A stretch of 64,000 nucleotides of DNA from positions 20,164 to 84,163 of the forward strand of contig CAYOIZ010000018.1 of the NCBI GenBank assembly GCA_964404165.1, read 5' to 3'. The translations under genes were made by a program, and so were the position numbers. The stretch is from an uncultured Candidatus Binatia bacterium (GTDB lineage Bacteria > Desulfobacterota > Binatia > DP-6). This document shows, piece by piece, positions 10,573 through 20,244 of the stretch (positions are counted from its first letter, which is position 1; every line of letters starts with the position of its first letter). The notes beneath the pieces were generated by a model, which searched no databases, was not told the origin of the DNA, and saw only the letters and a list, made by a program, of their open reading frames with translations.

Positions 10573-11150
10573 GTCCGCGCCGGATCGCGCGGGACGTGCA
10601 CGCCCGCCGCCGCCAGCATCGCCGACGCCGTCCACAGCGGGAGCCCCATCACGTTGCACCAGCAGCCGGCGATCGCGTCGACGGGACGAAACGGCTCGTC
10701 CTGGATGCCGTAGGAGCCCGCCTTGTCGCGCCCGCCGCCACTCGCGACGTAGGCGTCGATCTCCGCGTCCGTATACGCACGCGTCGTGACGTTGCTGTGG
10801 CACACCGCCGTCTGCTCGCGCGCCGGCGCACGCACCACGACCGCCGTGATGACCTCGTGGGTGCGGCCGCGCAACGCACGCAGCATGCGACGCGCGTCCT
10901 CGTCGTCGGCGGGCTTGCCGAGCACGGTGCCGTCGAGGACGACGACGGTGTCGGCCGCGAGCACGACGTCGCGCGGGCGATCGATCGCCGCCGCCTTGGC
11001 CGTCGCCACGGCGAGCGTGGCGTCCGCCGGCTGGTGCCCGATGGCGGCGGCGCCCTCGTCGATGTCTGCCGGGGCGAGCTCGAGCACGAGACCGAGCGCG
11101 TTCAGCAGCTCGCGGCGGCGTGGCGAGGCGGACGCGAGCACGACGGGCAT
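10521..11150 (-). CDS. maf: Maf-like nucleoside triphosphate pyrophosphatase
   Basis: VVLASASPRRRELL ... DTVVVLDGTVLGKP ... SGGGRDKAGSYGIQ. Start at MPVVLASAS (ATG 11150). Confidence 0.8.
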   Translation of the reverse strand: MPVVLASASPRRRELLNALGLVLELAPADIDEGAAAIGHQPADATLAVATAKAAAIDRPRDVVLAADTVVVLDGTVLGKPADDEDARRMLRALRGRTHEVITAVVVRAPAREQTAVCHSNVTTRAYTDAEIDAYVASGGGRDKAGSYGIQDEPFRPVDAIAGCWCNVMGLPLWTASAMLAAAGVHVPRDPARTYARCAACPLRVEPTER

Positions 11151-11242
11151 CGGCCCCAAGTAGAGCAGCTCGCGCGCGGCGGCAAACGCTCGGCTTGCCC
11201 GTCCGATCCGAACCTGGCTTCTTGCGGGCGCGCAGCACCCGC

Positions 11243-12841
11243 ATGTCGTCGCTCCTTTCCTCCCGCCTCGCGGCCACGACCCTCGTGCTCGCCGTCTGCG
11301 CCGTCGTGCTCCTCCTCGGACTGGGCTCGTATCCGCTCTGGGACCCCGACGAGGGCCGGCATGCCGAGATCGCACGCGAAGTGCTGGGGGCGACCGACTG
11401 GCACGGCTGGGTCACGCCGCGCCTGAACGACCAGCCCTACCGCGAGAAGCCGATCTTCTTCTACTGGGCGGTGGCGGCCGCATACGCCGCGGTCGGCGTG
11501 AACGAGCTCGGGGCACGACTGGTGTCGGCGCTGGCGGCGTTCGCCACCGTCGTCGCGGTGTTCGCGTGGAGCCTTCCGCGCTGGGGGCCGCGGCCCGCCG
11601 CGCTCGCCGCGCTGGTCCTGCTGACCAGCGTCGAGTTCACCGCGCTCGGACGTTTCGCGAACCTCGACATGCTGCTGACGCTGTTCGTCACCGCCGGCGT
11701 GCTCGCCGTCGAGCGTTGGGGTGCGACCGGGCGGGCCGCGTGGCTCTTCGGAGCCACGACCGCAGCGGCGCTCGGCACGCTGACGAAGGGGCTGGTGACG
11801 CCGGTGCTGATCGGCGGCATCGGCGTCGTGCACCTGGTCATGCAGCATCGTCTCGCACTCCTCCGAACCCGCGCGCTCGTCGTGGCACTCGCCGTCTTCG
11901 TGGCGCTGGTGGCCCCCTGGCATCTCGTGGTGGCCGCGATCGATCCCGCATATCTCCGCGAGCTCTACCTCGAGGGCCATCTCGGTCGCTTCGTCGGGTC
12001 GTCACGGGAGTTCCACCATCAGCCGTTCTGGTTCTACGTGCCGATCCTGTTCGGCGGCTTCTTTCCATGGAGCGCACTGCTCCCCGCGACGATCGCAGCG
12101 ACGCGCCCCAGCGACGAGGACACGCGCCTCTGCCTCGTCTGGGCAGGCATGATCTTCCTGCTGTTCAGCGCCAGCGCGTCGAAGCTCGGCACCTACATCC
12201 TGCCGTGCCTTCCACCCCTGGCCCTGCTGACGGGGCGCGCGCTCGACACGATGCTCGCACCCGAAGCCCTCCCCCACCACGTGCACCGTCTCGCCGGATG
12301 GGGGCTGTGGCTCGTCGCCGCCGTCCTGCTGGCGTCACCGATCGTGCTGACGGTGCTCGCCTGGCGGGCGTGGGATGGCGCGCTCGCCGGAACGAGTCTC
12401 ATGGCGCTCGGGCTCCTCCCGATCGGCGGCGTGCTCGGGATCATGGTGTGGCGCAACCGCGTCCCACGGGCCGTGACCGTGCTCGCGATCAGCGCCGTGC
12501 TGGTGCTCGTCGGGTTCTACCGCTTCGCGGCACCAGCGGTGAGCCGGGTGGCGAGCAATGCGCCGCTCGCCGCGGTGATCCGCGATCGCGCGCCCGCGGG
12601 CGTCCCCGTCGTGGCGTTTGGCATCCGCGCGCCGTCGCTGCTGTTCTATCTGCATCGACCGATCATCCACCTCGGGCGGTCGCGCGGAGTGCGGAAGCTC
12701 GTCGCCGACCATCCGCTCGTGCTCGTGATCACGAGCCCGAAGCATCGCGCCACCATCGCCGAGGCGGGCGTGGCATTTCCATGGCAGACCGGTGGTCGCC
12801 GCGAGCTGTGGGGATCGCAGCCGCCACCGGAATCTCCTTGA
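11243..12841 (+). CDS. GT39/ArnT-PMT-like membrane glycosyltransferase (family GT-C)
   Basis: Multi-TM protein with YPLWDPDEGRHAEIARE and REKPIFFYW motifs, characteristic of ArnT/PMT_2 lipid-linked sugar transferases. Start at MSSLLSSRLA. Confidence 0.8.
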   Translation: MSSLLSSRLAATTLVLAVCAVVLLLGLGSYPLWDPDEGRHAEIAREVLGATDWHGWVTPRLNDQPYREKPIFFYWAVAAAYAAVGVNELGARLVSALAAFATVVAVFAWSLPRWGPRPAALAALVLLTSVEFTALGRFANLDMLLTLFVTAGVLAVERWGATGRAAWLFGATTAAALGTLTKGLVTPVLIGGIGVVHLVMQHRLALLRTRALVVALAVFVALVAPWHLVVAAIDPAYLRELYLEGHLGRFVGSSREFHHQPFWFYVPILFGGFFPWSALLPATIAATRPSDEDTRLCLVWAGMIFLLFSASASKLGTYILPCLPPLALLTGRALDTMLAPEALPHHVHRLAGWGLWLVAAVLLASPIVLTVLAWRAWDGALAGTSLMALGLLPIGGVLGIMVWRNRVPRAVTVLAISAVLVLVGFYRFAAPAVSRVASNAPLAAVIRDRAPAGVPVVAFGIRAPSLLFYLHRPIIHLGRSRGVRKLVADHPLVLVITSPKHRATIAEAGVAFPWQTGGRRELWGSQPPPESP

Positions 12842-12875
12842 CTCCATCGACGACGGGGAGGGATAAGGCGCGCCG

Positions 12876-13901
12876 ATGATCCGGCTGCGGATCCCGCGTC
12901 CGCCCACCACCCTGCCCTCCGCGTTGCCCGCGGAGCTGCGTTGGGACGCACCACCGACGTCGGTGGCGCTCCTGTTGACGCGACGCGAGGTGTTGAAGGC
13001 GGCCTCGGTCGTCGCCGCGGCGATGACCCTGCCGCTGGTACGCACCGAGCAGGCCTGGGCCCGCGCCCGCGGGCGGTTCTTCACGGGGCGCGAGCGCGTC
13101 ACGCTGAGCGCGCTCTGCGAGCGCGTCCTGCCGGCCGATCACGATCCCGGCGCCGCGGCGCTCGGCGTCGTCAAGTACGTCGAAGGCCTGCTGACCGCGC
13201 TCGAGGTCCGCCACCCGCCGATCTTCACGGGCGGCCCGTTCAGCGGGCGCACCCCCTTCCCCGACGCCACGCGGGGCATGCCGGGCCGCAAGCGGCCGCG
13301 AAACGCCTTCAAGCACTTCGCGGCGCTGACGCCGCGCCAGGAGCTGGCCTGGCGCCTCGAGCTGTACGGCACGGCCGAGGTGCCCGAGCTGGCCGCGTTC
13401 GAGGCGCAGTTCGGCGTGCCCAAGGTCGGCCTGCGCGACGTCTACCGCGCCGGCCTGCAGAAGGTGGACGAGGTCGCCGAGGCGACGGCGGGCGCGCCGT
13501 ACGCCAAGCTCTCGACCGCGGATCAGGACACCGTCCTGGGCCTCCTCGACACCGGCGCGTTCGCCCCCGATCCGCGGCGGAACGGCGCGACGTTCATCGA
13601 CGTCGTCATCCGTCACACCCTCGAAGGCTGCTTCGCCGCTCCCGAGTACGGCGGCAACGTCCGCGCCCGCGGGTGGACGATGCTCGGGCTCGAGGGCGAC
13701 AGTCAGCCGCTCGGCTACTCCATCTTCGACACCACCACCGGCACCTACGCCGAGCGCGCCGATCACCCCATGTCGACGCCCAACCCCGACGAGCTCGGGC
13801 CCGGTGGCACCGTCGTGCCGCGTCCACTCACGCCCGACGGGGCGGCGGTGCAGAGCAGCATCGCGACGCTGGCGAACATCATCCCGGTCGACGCGGTCTG
13901 A
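12876..13901 (+). CDS. gluconate 2-dehydrogenase subunit 3 family protein (Tat signal)
   Basis: Twin-arginine signal TRREVLKAASVVAAAMTL. Small-subunit family usually paired with GMC flavoproteins. Lies immediately upstream of the GMC oxidoreductase. Confidence 0.7.
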   Translation: MIRLRIPRPPTTLPSALPAELRWDAPPTSVALLLTRREVLKAASVVAAAMTLPLVRTEQAWARARGRFFTGRERVTLSALCERVLPADHDPGAAALGVVKYVEGLLTALEVRHPPIFTGGPFSGRTPFPDATRGMPGRKRPRNAFKHFAALTPRQELAWRLELYGTAEVPELAAFEAQFGVPKVGLRDVYRAGLQKVDEVAEATAGAPYAKLSTADQDTVLGLLDTGAFAPDPRRNGATFIDVVIRHTLEGCFAAPEYGGNVRARGWTMLGLEGDSQPLGYSIFDTTTGTYAERADHPMSTPNPDELGPGGTVVPRPLTPDGAAVQSSIATLANIIPVDAV

Positions 13902-13904
13902 GCC

Positions 13905-15713
13905 ATGAAGCGACGCGCCACACCCGCCGTGCTCGGCAACACCAGCCTCGCCGCTTTCGACGTCTGCATCGTCGGCAGCGGCGCGGGCGGTGGCACCGCC
14001 GCCCACGTGCTCACGCAGGCCGGCAAGAACGTGCTCGTCCTCGAAGCGGGCCCGAACCCCTTCCCCGGCCTCGACGATCCCGACGTCGTGCCGCTGCCGC
14101 TGCATTCGAACGACGAGCTCAAGTACTCGGTGCGCGGCTACATCGACCAGCTCGGAACGCTCGAGCCGCGCACCTGGCGACAGCGGGCCACCGACGCCGC
14201 CCAGGTCCGCGCCAGCGTCAACACGCTGCCGAAGACGGTCGGCGGTGCGTTCACGCACGCCGACTGCAAGACGCCGCGCTTCAACGCCGTCGACTTCCGC
14301 CTGAAGAGCGCCGTCGAGGAGCTGATCGCCGCCACGCCCGGCCTCGTCGTGCCGGGCTTCGGGGCCGACGCCGGCAGCGCCAACTTCGCCGACTGGCCGT
14401 TCTCCTACGACGATCTCGAGCCGTTCTACGTCGAGGCCGAGCGCCTCTACGGCGTGCAGGGCGCCGACGACAATCCCTTCGCGTCGCCGCGCAGCACGCC
14501 CTACCCGATGCCGCCCGGGGTCGCGATGTATCTCGGTGTGGTGCTGAGCCGCGGCGCGCTCGCGACGTCGTTCCTGGGCTCCCCGCTGCACCCGCACACC
14601 TATCCCGCCGCCATCGCCTCGCGTCCCACCGACGACGGGCGACCGGCGTGCGTCGACTGCGGGCTGTGCAGCGGCTTCGGCTGTCCGAGCAACGCGAAGG
14701 GCTCGCCCGCGGTGACGGCGCTGCGACGCGCGCTGCTCTCCGGTCGCTGCCAGCTGCGCCACGACGCGCAGGTGGTGCGGCTCGTCCACACCGGCAGTCA
14801 CGTCGCGGCGGTCGAGTACGTCGACGCCGACGGCGCGCTGCAGACGGCCACCGCCGACGCCTTCATGCTGGCCGCGAGCCCGATCGAATCGGCGCGGCTC
14901 TGCCTGCTGTCCGACGGCCTCGGCAACACCAGCGGTCAGGTGGGACGGAATCTCATGTTCCACCTGCAGAGCAACGTGAACGGCTTCCTCCCCGAGCGCG
15001 TGCACGGACAGCGGGGACGCGCCGTCACGCACGGCATCACCGACTTCCGCGGCGTCGAGCCCGGCGGCGCCGCGCTCCGGGTCGTGTCCACGCCCGACGG
15101 CCCACGCGTCTACCTGGGCGGCATCTGCGAGTTCAGCTCCTCGCAGGGGCAGCCGATCACCGAGGACGGCAGCGTCTACGCCTTCGACCTGCCCGGCCCC
15201 TTCGGTCGGCGGCGCGGTCTCGGGCTCAAGAACGCGCTCCGCGACGGCGCGCTCGGCCAGCACCTGATCGGTCTCGTCATGCAGGCGGAGGACGCGCCGC
15301 AGCTCGGCAACGTGATCGACCTCGACCCCACGGTGCGCGATGTCTTCGGCCGGCCGGTGCCGCGCGTCACGTACGCGTCGCATGCCTTCGAGCGCTCGGC
15401 CCGCGTCTTCTACGTGCCCTTCATGCGCGACGTCGTCACCAATGCCGGCGCCTCGCAGCCGTTCGTGAATCCCACCGACGGCGCCCTCGGCGAGCCCCCG
15501 TCGTCGAGCCACGTCCTGGGCACGCTCCGGATGGGCACCGACCCGGCCACCTCGGTGGTCGATGCCGGCGGCCGCTTCCACGACGTCGACAACCTCTGGG
15601 CCTGCGACGGCAGCGTCTTCCCGACCTCGTCGGGGTACAACCCCACCCTCACCATCATCGCCGTGGCCCTGCGCATCGCCCACGGCATCGCCGGCACCGC
15701 CCCGATCCCCTGA
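13905..15713 (+). CDS. GMC family FAD-dependent oxidoreductase (dehydrogenase large subunit)
   Basis: FDVCIVGSGAGGGTAAHVLTQAGKNVLVLEAG FAD motif and a GMC C-terminal domain (LGTLRMGTDP ... VDNLWACDGSVFPTSSGYNPTLTIIA). Confidence 0.85.
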   Translation: MKRRATPAVLGNTSLAAFDVCIVGSGAGGGTAAHVLTQAGKNVLVLEAGPNPFPGLDDPDVVPLPLHSNDELKYSVRGYIDQLGTLEPRTWRQRATDAAQVRASVNTLPKTVGGAFTHADCKTPRFNAVDFRLKSAVEELIAATPGLVVPGFGADAGSANFADWPFSYDDLEPFYVEAERLYGVQGADDNPFASPRSTPYPMPPGVAMYLGVVLSRGALATSFLGSPLHPHTYPAAIASRPTDDGRPACVDCGLCSGFGCPSNAKGSPAVTALRRALLSGRCQLRHDAQVVRLVHTGSHVAAVEYVDADGALQTATADAFMLAASPIESARLCLLSDGLGNTSGQVGRNLMFHLQSNVNGFLPERVHGQRGRAVTHGITDFRGVEPGGAALRVVSTPDGPRVYLGGICEFSSSQGQPITEDGSVYAFDLPGPFGRRRGLGLKNALRDGALGQHLIGLVMQAEDAPQLGNVIDLDPTVRDVFGRPVPRVTYASHAFERSARVFYVPFMRDVVTNAGASQPFVNPTDGALGEPPSSSHVLGTLRMGTDPATSVVDAGGRFHDVDNLWACDGSVFPTSSGYNPTLTIIAVALRIAHGIAGTAPIP

Positions 15714-15747
15714 TCCGCGCGGCTGGGAAGCCCGCAGGGGCCCCGGT

Positions 15748-17751
15748 ATGATGCCCGCCGTGGATCCCGCGTTCCTCGACGTCCGCCGCCACGGCTTCGC
15801 ACGCATGGCCGTGTGCGTGCCCGAGGTCCGGGTGGCCGATCCGGTCTTCAACGCGAACGCCCACCTGCAGCTGTTGGCCCGGGCCCACGCCGAGGGCGCC
15901 CGCTACGCCGTCTGTCCCGAGCTCGGCCTGTCCGGGTACACCTGCGGCGATCTCTTCTTCCAGGAGACGCTGCTCCGCACCGTGCACGAGGCGCTGGCCC
16001 GGCTGGCGACGGCGACCGCCGGATGGGACATGGCGATCTCGGTCGGCGCGCCGCTCCACCTCGGCGGGGCGCTCTACAACTGCGCGGTGACGCTCTACGC
16101 CGGCCGCGCCGTCGCCGTCGCCCCGAAGGCGTATCCGCCGAGCTACCGCGAGTTCTACGAGCTGCGCTGGTTCCAGCCGGCCGCTGCGGCGCGCGCCGAC
16201 ACCATCGAGCTCCTCGGCGACGCCGTCCCGTTCGGCACCGACGTGCTGGTGGCCCTGCCTGGCGGCGGCGTGCTCCACACCGAGATCTGCGAGGATCTGT
16301 GGACGCCGGTGCCGCCGAGCGCCATCGCGGCGCTGTCGGGCGCCACGGTGCTGGCCAACCTGTCGGCGTCGAACGTCACCGTCGGCAAGTTCGAGTACCG
16401 TCGCGACCTCGTCCGCATGTCGTCGGCGAAGAATCTGGCGGTGCAGCTCTACAGCGCGGCGGGGTTCGGCGAGTCCACCACCGATCTCGCCTGGGACGGC
16501 CACGGCCTCATCGCCGACCGCGGCGAGCTGCTCGCCGAGACGACGCGCTTCGCGCTCGCGGGCACCCTGGTGACCGCCGACGTCGACCTGGCGGCGCTCG
16601 ACCTCGACCGCATGCGCCAGACGTCGTTCGCTCAGAACGCCGGACAGCACGGCCGTCCGCTGCGTCGCGTGACGCCGGCGCCGGTGACCGACGGGCGCGA
16701 CGCCGCGACGTTCCACACGCTCCGCCGCCGCGTCGACCCGACGCCGTTCGTGCCCGCCGATCCGGCGCGACGCGACGAGCGCTGCCGCGAGATCTTCCTG
16801 ATCACCGCGACGGCGCTGGCGCGGCGCCTGACGTCGCTGCCGGAACACGCCCGTCGCATCGTCATCGGCGTCTCGGGCGGCCGCGATTCGGCGCAGGCGC
16901 TGCTGGTCGCCGTGCACGCCACGGACCTGCTCGGTCTGCCGCGCGCGAACGTCGTCGGCGTGACGATGCCGGGGCTCGGCACGTCCGACGCCACGTACCG
17001 GGCCGCATGCGCGCTGGTGACGGCCGTCGGTGGCACGCTGCGCGAGGTGGCGATCGGCGAGCTGTCGGGGCACCTGTTCGACGCCATCGGCCACGACGCC
17101 GCGGTCGAGAACGTCACCTTCGAGAACGTGCAGGCGTGGCTGCGGAAGATGATGCTGTTCTCGATCGCGTCGCAGGTTGGTGGCATCGATCTCGGCACCG
17201 GCGATCTCTCCGAGCTGGCACTGGGCTTCGCCACCTACGGCGGCGACCACATGTCGCACTACAACGTCAACGCGGGCGTGCCGAAGACGCTGATCTCCGA
17301 GATGATCCGCTGGTCGTCGGAGTCGATCTTCGCCGACGAGCCGGCGGTGGGCGCGGCGCTGCGGGCCGTGCTCGCGACGCCGATCAGCCCCGAGCTGCTG
17401 CGCCCGTCCCCGAGCGGCGAGATCACCCAGCGCTCGGAGGACGTGGTGGGCCCGTACGAGCTGCACGACTTCTTCCTCTACCACCTGCTGCGCTTCGGCT
17501 TCGGCCCGCGCCGCATCGCCCGGCTCGCCGTGACGGCGTTCGACGGCCGCTACGAAGTCGGCGTCGTCCGCGCGTGGCTGCTGGTGTTCCTGCGCCGGTT
17601 CTTCGCGAGCCAGTACAAGCGCGACTGCGTCCCCGGTTCTCCCAAGGTCGGCTCCGGCGGCTCGCTGTCGCCCCGCGGAGACTGGCGCATGCCCGCCGAC
17701 GCGTCCGCGGCGGCCTGGCTCGCCGAAGCCGAAACCGTCCCGACCGCCTGA
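15748..17751 (+). CDS. nadE: glutamine-dependent NAD+ synthetase (Nit + NAD synthase domains)
   Basis: N-terminal nitrilase-like domain with ARMAVCVPEV and TEICEDLWTP. C-terminal VIGVSGGRDSAQAL PP-loop. Start at MMPAVDP. Confidence 0.9.
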   Translation: MMPAVDPAFLDVRRHGFARMAVCVPEVRVADPVFNANAHLQLLARAHAEGARYAVCPELGLSGYTCGDLFFQETLLRTVHEALARLATATAGWDMAISVGAPLHLGGALYNCAVTLYAGRAVAVAPKAYPPSYREFYELRWFQPAAAARADTIELLGDAVPFGTDVLVALPGGGVLHTEICEDLWTPVPPSAIAALSGATVLANLSASNVTVGKFEYRRDLVRMSSAKNLAVQLYSAAGFGESTTDLAWDGHGLIADRGELLAETTRFALAGTLVTADVDLAALDLDRMRQTSFAQNAGQHGRPLRRVTPAPVTDGRDAATFHTLRRRVDPTPFVPADPARRDERCREIFLITATALARRLTSLPEHARRIVIGVSGGRDSAQALLVAVHATDLLGLPRANVVGVTMPGLGTSDATYRAACALVTAVGGTLREVAIGELSGHLFDAIGHDAAVENVTFENVQAWLRKMMLFSIASQVGGIDLGTGDLSELALGFATYGGDHMSHYNVNAGVPKTLISEMIRWSSESIFADEPAVGAALRAVLATPISPELLRPSPSGEITQRSEDVVGPYELHDFFLYHLLRFGFGPRRIARLAVTAFDGRYEVGVVRAWLLVFLRRFFASQYKRDCVPGSPKVGSGGSLSPRGDWRMPADASAAAWLAEAETVPTA

Positions 17752-17801
17752 CGGCTGCATCCGACGCCCGCGGTCGGACGTACCCGAAGGACCTGCACGT
17801 C

Positions 17802-17820
17802 CTCCTCACGTCGTGAGGAG
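17802..17820 (+). terminator. GC-rich hairpin downstream of nadE (possible terminator)
   Basis: Perfect inverted repeat ctcctcac-gtc-gtgaggag about 50 nt after the nadE stop. No U-tract follows, which is common in high-GC genomes. Confidence 0.3.
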
Positions 17821-17864
17821 CCGGCTCACGCCACCCGTGCAGAATCCAGACGGAGAGGCAGACG

Positions 17865-18854
17865 ATGACCCGATACGCAGCCACGGCGATCCCCCGATTC
17901 GCCGAACCACGCCCACTTCCCTTCGCGACGTACCCGCGCGCCGGCGAGTCCCGGCAGCACGGCGTCCAGCCGCTGCCGCCGATGCTCCCGCTCGCCGACG
18001 TCGCGCGGGCCGACCCGCATCGGAGCCGCCGGTATCGGGCCGTCACCGCCGACCGCCTGCCGCGCGCGGCGGTGCTGCAGCTGGCGCGCGTCGTCGCGGC
18101 GTCGTTCGCCGCACGCGAGCCGCAGTGTCGTCACCTGCGTCCGCCGGCGGTGCCCCCGAGGGCGCTCGCGCATGCGGTGCATTCCGACGCGTTCGGCAGC
18201 GAGCGTCTCGGCACCTGGAGCACGGCGGAGCTGCTCTACTGGTTCATCCGGACGCTCATCCTCACCGACCCGACGAGCCCGGCCTCGGCCGTGCGCACGA
18301 ACGACGCCGCGATCACCCAGTCGCTCGCCATCCTCGACGACGACGGCACCGTGATCGGCGGAGCCATCAACGACACCCTGGCACCCCACGGCGAGCCACC
18401 GGCGTTCCGCACGGACGATCCGGTCCTCGATGCCGTCCTCTCGTTCGTCGCGCCGGTGATGGCGCTGCTCGAGTCGCAGAACGCGGAAGCCATCGCCGCA
18501 CTCCACCGCTATCCGGAATTCCGTCGTGCCCATGCCGAGGGCCGCGTCGGCCATCACGTCATGGTGGCCCGCTCCGACGCGCTGCCGACGTCCGACGCCT
18601 TCGAGCTGGTGGCGGCCACGGTCGAACGCTACCAGCGGCTCGGCTTCGCCTACGTCACCGTCGAGGCCACCAACCAATGGACCGGCGCCGCCTGCAACGC
18701 CCTCGGCGGCACCCGGGTCCACTTCGCCCCGTACCGTACGACCCAGGTGGTCCCCGCCACCCCGGTCCCACTACCGACCGAGGTCACGAGCCCCGACGGC
18801 TACATAGCCGCCAAAGACAGCGGCAGCATGCTCTACGTCCTGAGACTGTCCTAA
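17865..18854 (+). CDS. hypothetical protein (possible acyl-CoA N-acyltransferase-like C-terminal fold)
   Basis: Non-repetitive 329-aa ORF with an SD-like ggagagg 8 nt upstream of the ATG. C-terminal ERYQRLGFAYVTVEATNQWTGAACNALGG resembles GNAT motif-A regions. No confident family. Confidence 0.5.
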   Translation: MTRYAATAIPRFAEPRPLPFATYPRAGESRQHGVQPLPPMLPLADVARADPHRSRRYRAVTADRLPRAAVLQLARVVAASFAAREPQCRHLRPPAVPPRALAHAVHSDAFGSERLGTWSTAELLYWFIRTLILTDPTSPASAVRTNDAAITQSLAILDDDGTVIGGAINDTLAPHGEPPAFRTDDPVLDAVLSFVAPVMALLESQNAEAIAALHRYPEFRRAHAEGRVGHHVMVARSDALPTSDAFELVAATVERYQRLGFAYVTVEATNQWTGAACNALGGTRVHFAPYRTTQVVPATPVPLPTEVTSPDGYIAAKDSGSMLYVLRLS

Positions 18855-18971
18855 CCCAGGCAATGCCGAGGCCAAAGGCCAAGGCGAGCCCGAATCTCTA
18901 CTGCGCGCACTGATCCCGTGAGGCGGGTGAGCGGGGGAGCGAGAGACACGCGCGCAGCCGGAGGCCGACGA

Positions 18972-18990
18972 GGCGTGCTGGAAGCACGCC
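18972..18990. terminator. hairpin ggcgtgc-tggaa-gcacgcc in the infA 3' intergenic region
   Basis: 7-bp GC stem between the convergent ends of the 17865 gene (+) and infA (-). Could terminate either transcript. Confidence 0.25.
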
Positions 18991-19044
18991 GCAGGAGGCC
19001 GGAGGCGAGCACGTGGCTCGCAGCCCCCCGATCGCCCGCCGAAC

Positions 19045-19287
19045 TCAGCCGCCGCGGAAGACGATGAGCCCGTGACTCGGATCGTACGGCGACACCGCGA
19101 TCGTCACGCGGTCACCGGGAATCACTCGGATGTGGTAGCGCCGCATGCGCCCGCCGATCTTGGCGAGGAACTCCATGCCGTTGTCGCCTTTGACGCGGTA
19201 GTTCCCGCCGGCGAGCGCCTCCACGATGGTGCCCTTGATTTGAATGAGATCGTCGCGAGCCAAGTCCGGACGAACTAACACACGCAT
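19045..19287 (-). CDS. infA: translation initiation factor IF-1
   Basis: LIQIKGTIVEALAGGNYRVKGDNGMEFLAKIGGRMRRYHIRVIPGDRVTIAVSPYDPSHGLIVFR matches the S1-like IF-1 fold over its full length. It forms the C-terminal 80 codons of an Arg-rich 385-aa read-through ORF. Start ATG 19287. Confidence 0.85.
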   Translation of the reverse strand: MRVLVRPDLARDDLIQIKGTIVEALAGGNYRVKGDNGMEFLAKIGGRMRRYHIRVIPGDRVTIAVSPYDPSHGLIVFRGG

Positions 19288-19337
19288 CCCCCACGGGCAA
19301 CCCGGAGGGACGTCGCGACATGCGCCGGACGACCCGC

Positions 19338-20183
19338 CTACAGCGCGGCGGCGGCGTACGCGCGCCCGCCGAAGCGCTCGACCTCGCGCTCCACGTCGAA
19401 CCGTTCGCGCAGGAGACGCCGCAGCTCGGCGCGACCGAACAACAGGACGAGTTCCGGAACGCTGCCGACGATGCTGCGCCACGCCAGCTCGCGCGCGAGG
19501 AATCGCGTGATCGCCCGCCAGCGCGTCGACAGCTTTGCCGCGATGAATCCCACGTGGCCGACCTCGTCGGCCAGGATCTCGCCATAGAGCCGGTCGATGC
19601 GGTTGGCGACCGCCGGATCGTCCGCGAACAGCCGGACCCCCTCGTCGCGCAGCGCCCGGAAGAGGATGCAGCCGACGACCTCCGAGGCGCCGACCAGGGG
19701 GAGCGTCCACTCGTGCGGCAGGGCGACGAACAGCCGGATGGTGGCGCGGAGCGCGAAGCGCGGCGGGACGGTGGGAAACGGCAGGTCGAACATCGAGACG
19801 ACGTCGGCCAGGATGCGCGAGTGGTAGTGCTCCTGGAGCTGGACGTACAGCCGCTCGGGCTCGGTCTCGAACGTGTCCTGCTCCTTCCCGTACACTTCGC
19901 CCAGCCCGACGCCGAAGCGTTCCGACTGGTTCAGCTTGGCCGTCGCGAGGAGCCAGAGCATGCGTCGATCGAGGTCGGCGTCCGGATGCCGCGCGCGCAT
20001 GTTGCGAAGGAAGACCGTCCGATCGGCGACGAACCGGGCACGTGGGCGGTTGGCTTCGAACTCCGCGAAGAACCGCTCGCGTTCCGCGAGCTGGAACCGT
20101 ACCGGGTCGGCTGCCCCGTCGGTACGGATCAGGAACGCGCGATAGGCCGGAACGCCTCCACCGAAGTGCTCGGAGCTCGCCAT
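19338..20183 (-). CDS. hypothetical protein, possibly a ferritin-like diiron-carboxylate protein
   Basis: Two E-x-x-H motifs (QEHYHSRILADVV and LADEVGHVGF) about 75 residues apart, as in diiron oxygenase/ferritin-like folds. No confident family. Confidence 0.55.
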   Translation of the reverse strand: MASSEHFGGGVPAYRAFLIRTDGAADPVRFQLAERERFFAEFEANRPRARFVADRTVFLRNMRARHPDADLDRRMLWLLATAKLNQSERFGVGLGEVYGKEQDTFETEPERLYVQLQEHYHSRILADVVSMFDLPFPTVPPRFALRATIRLFVALPHEWTLPLVGASEVVGCILFRALRDEGVRLFADDPAVANRIDRLYGEILADEVGHVGFIAAKLSTRWRAITRFLARELAWRSIVGSVPELVLLFGRAELRRLLRERFDVEREVERFGGRAYAAAAL

Positions 20184-20244
20184 CGCGCAGCCCTACTCCC
20201 AAACCGCGGCGACCGACAAGGCCGGCACCATGTGACGCCGCCCG

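Noticed and set aside
10183-11415. 410-aa minus-strand ORF covering maf in another frame
   Set aside because: Arg-rich low-complexity product. The maf frame (10521-11150) has the Maf family signature.
12729-15851. 1040-aa minus-strand ORF antisense to the GT39, GMC and nadE genes
   Set aside because: Translation is an Arg/Gly/Ala/Asp low-complexity string with no motifs. It lies opposite three well-supported genes. Long stop-free antisense frames are expected at 72% GC.
15655-18722. ORFs 15655-17760 (-), 15813-17816 (+), 17826-18722 (-)
   Set aside because: Alternative-frame or antisense products over nadE and the 17865 gene. Low-complexity R/G/A/P composition.
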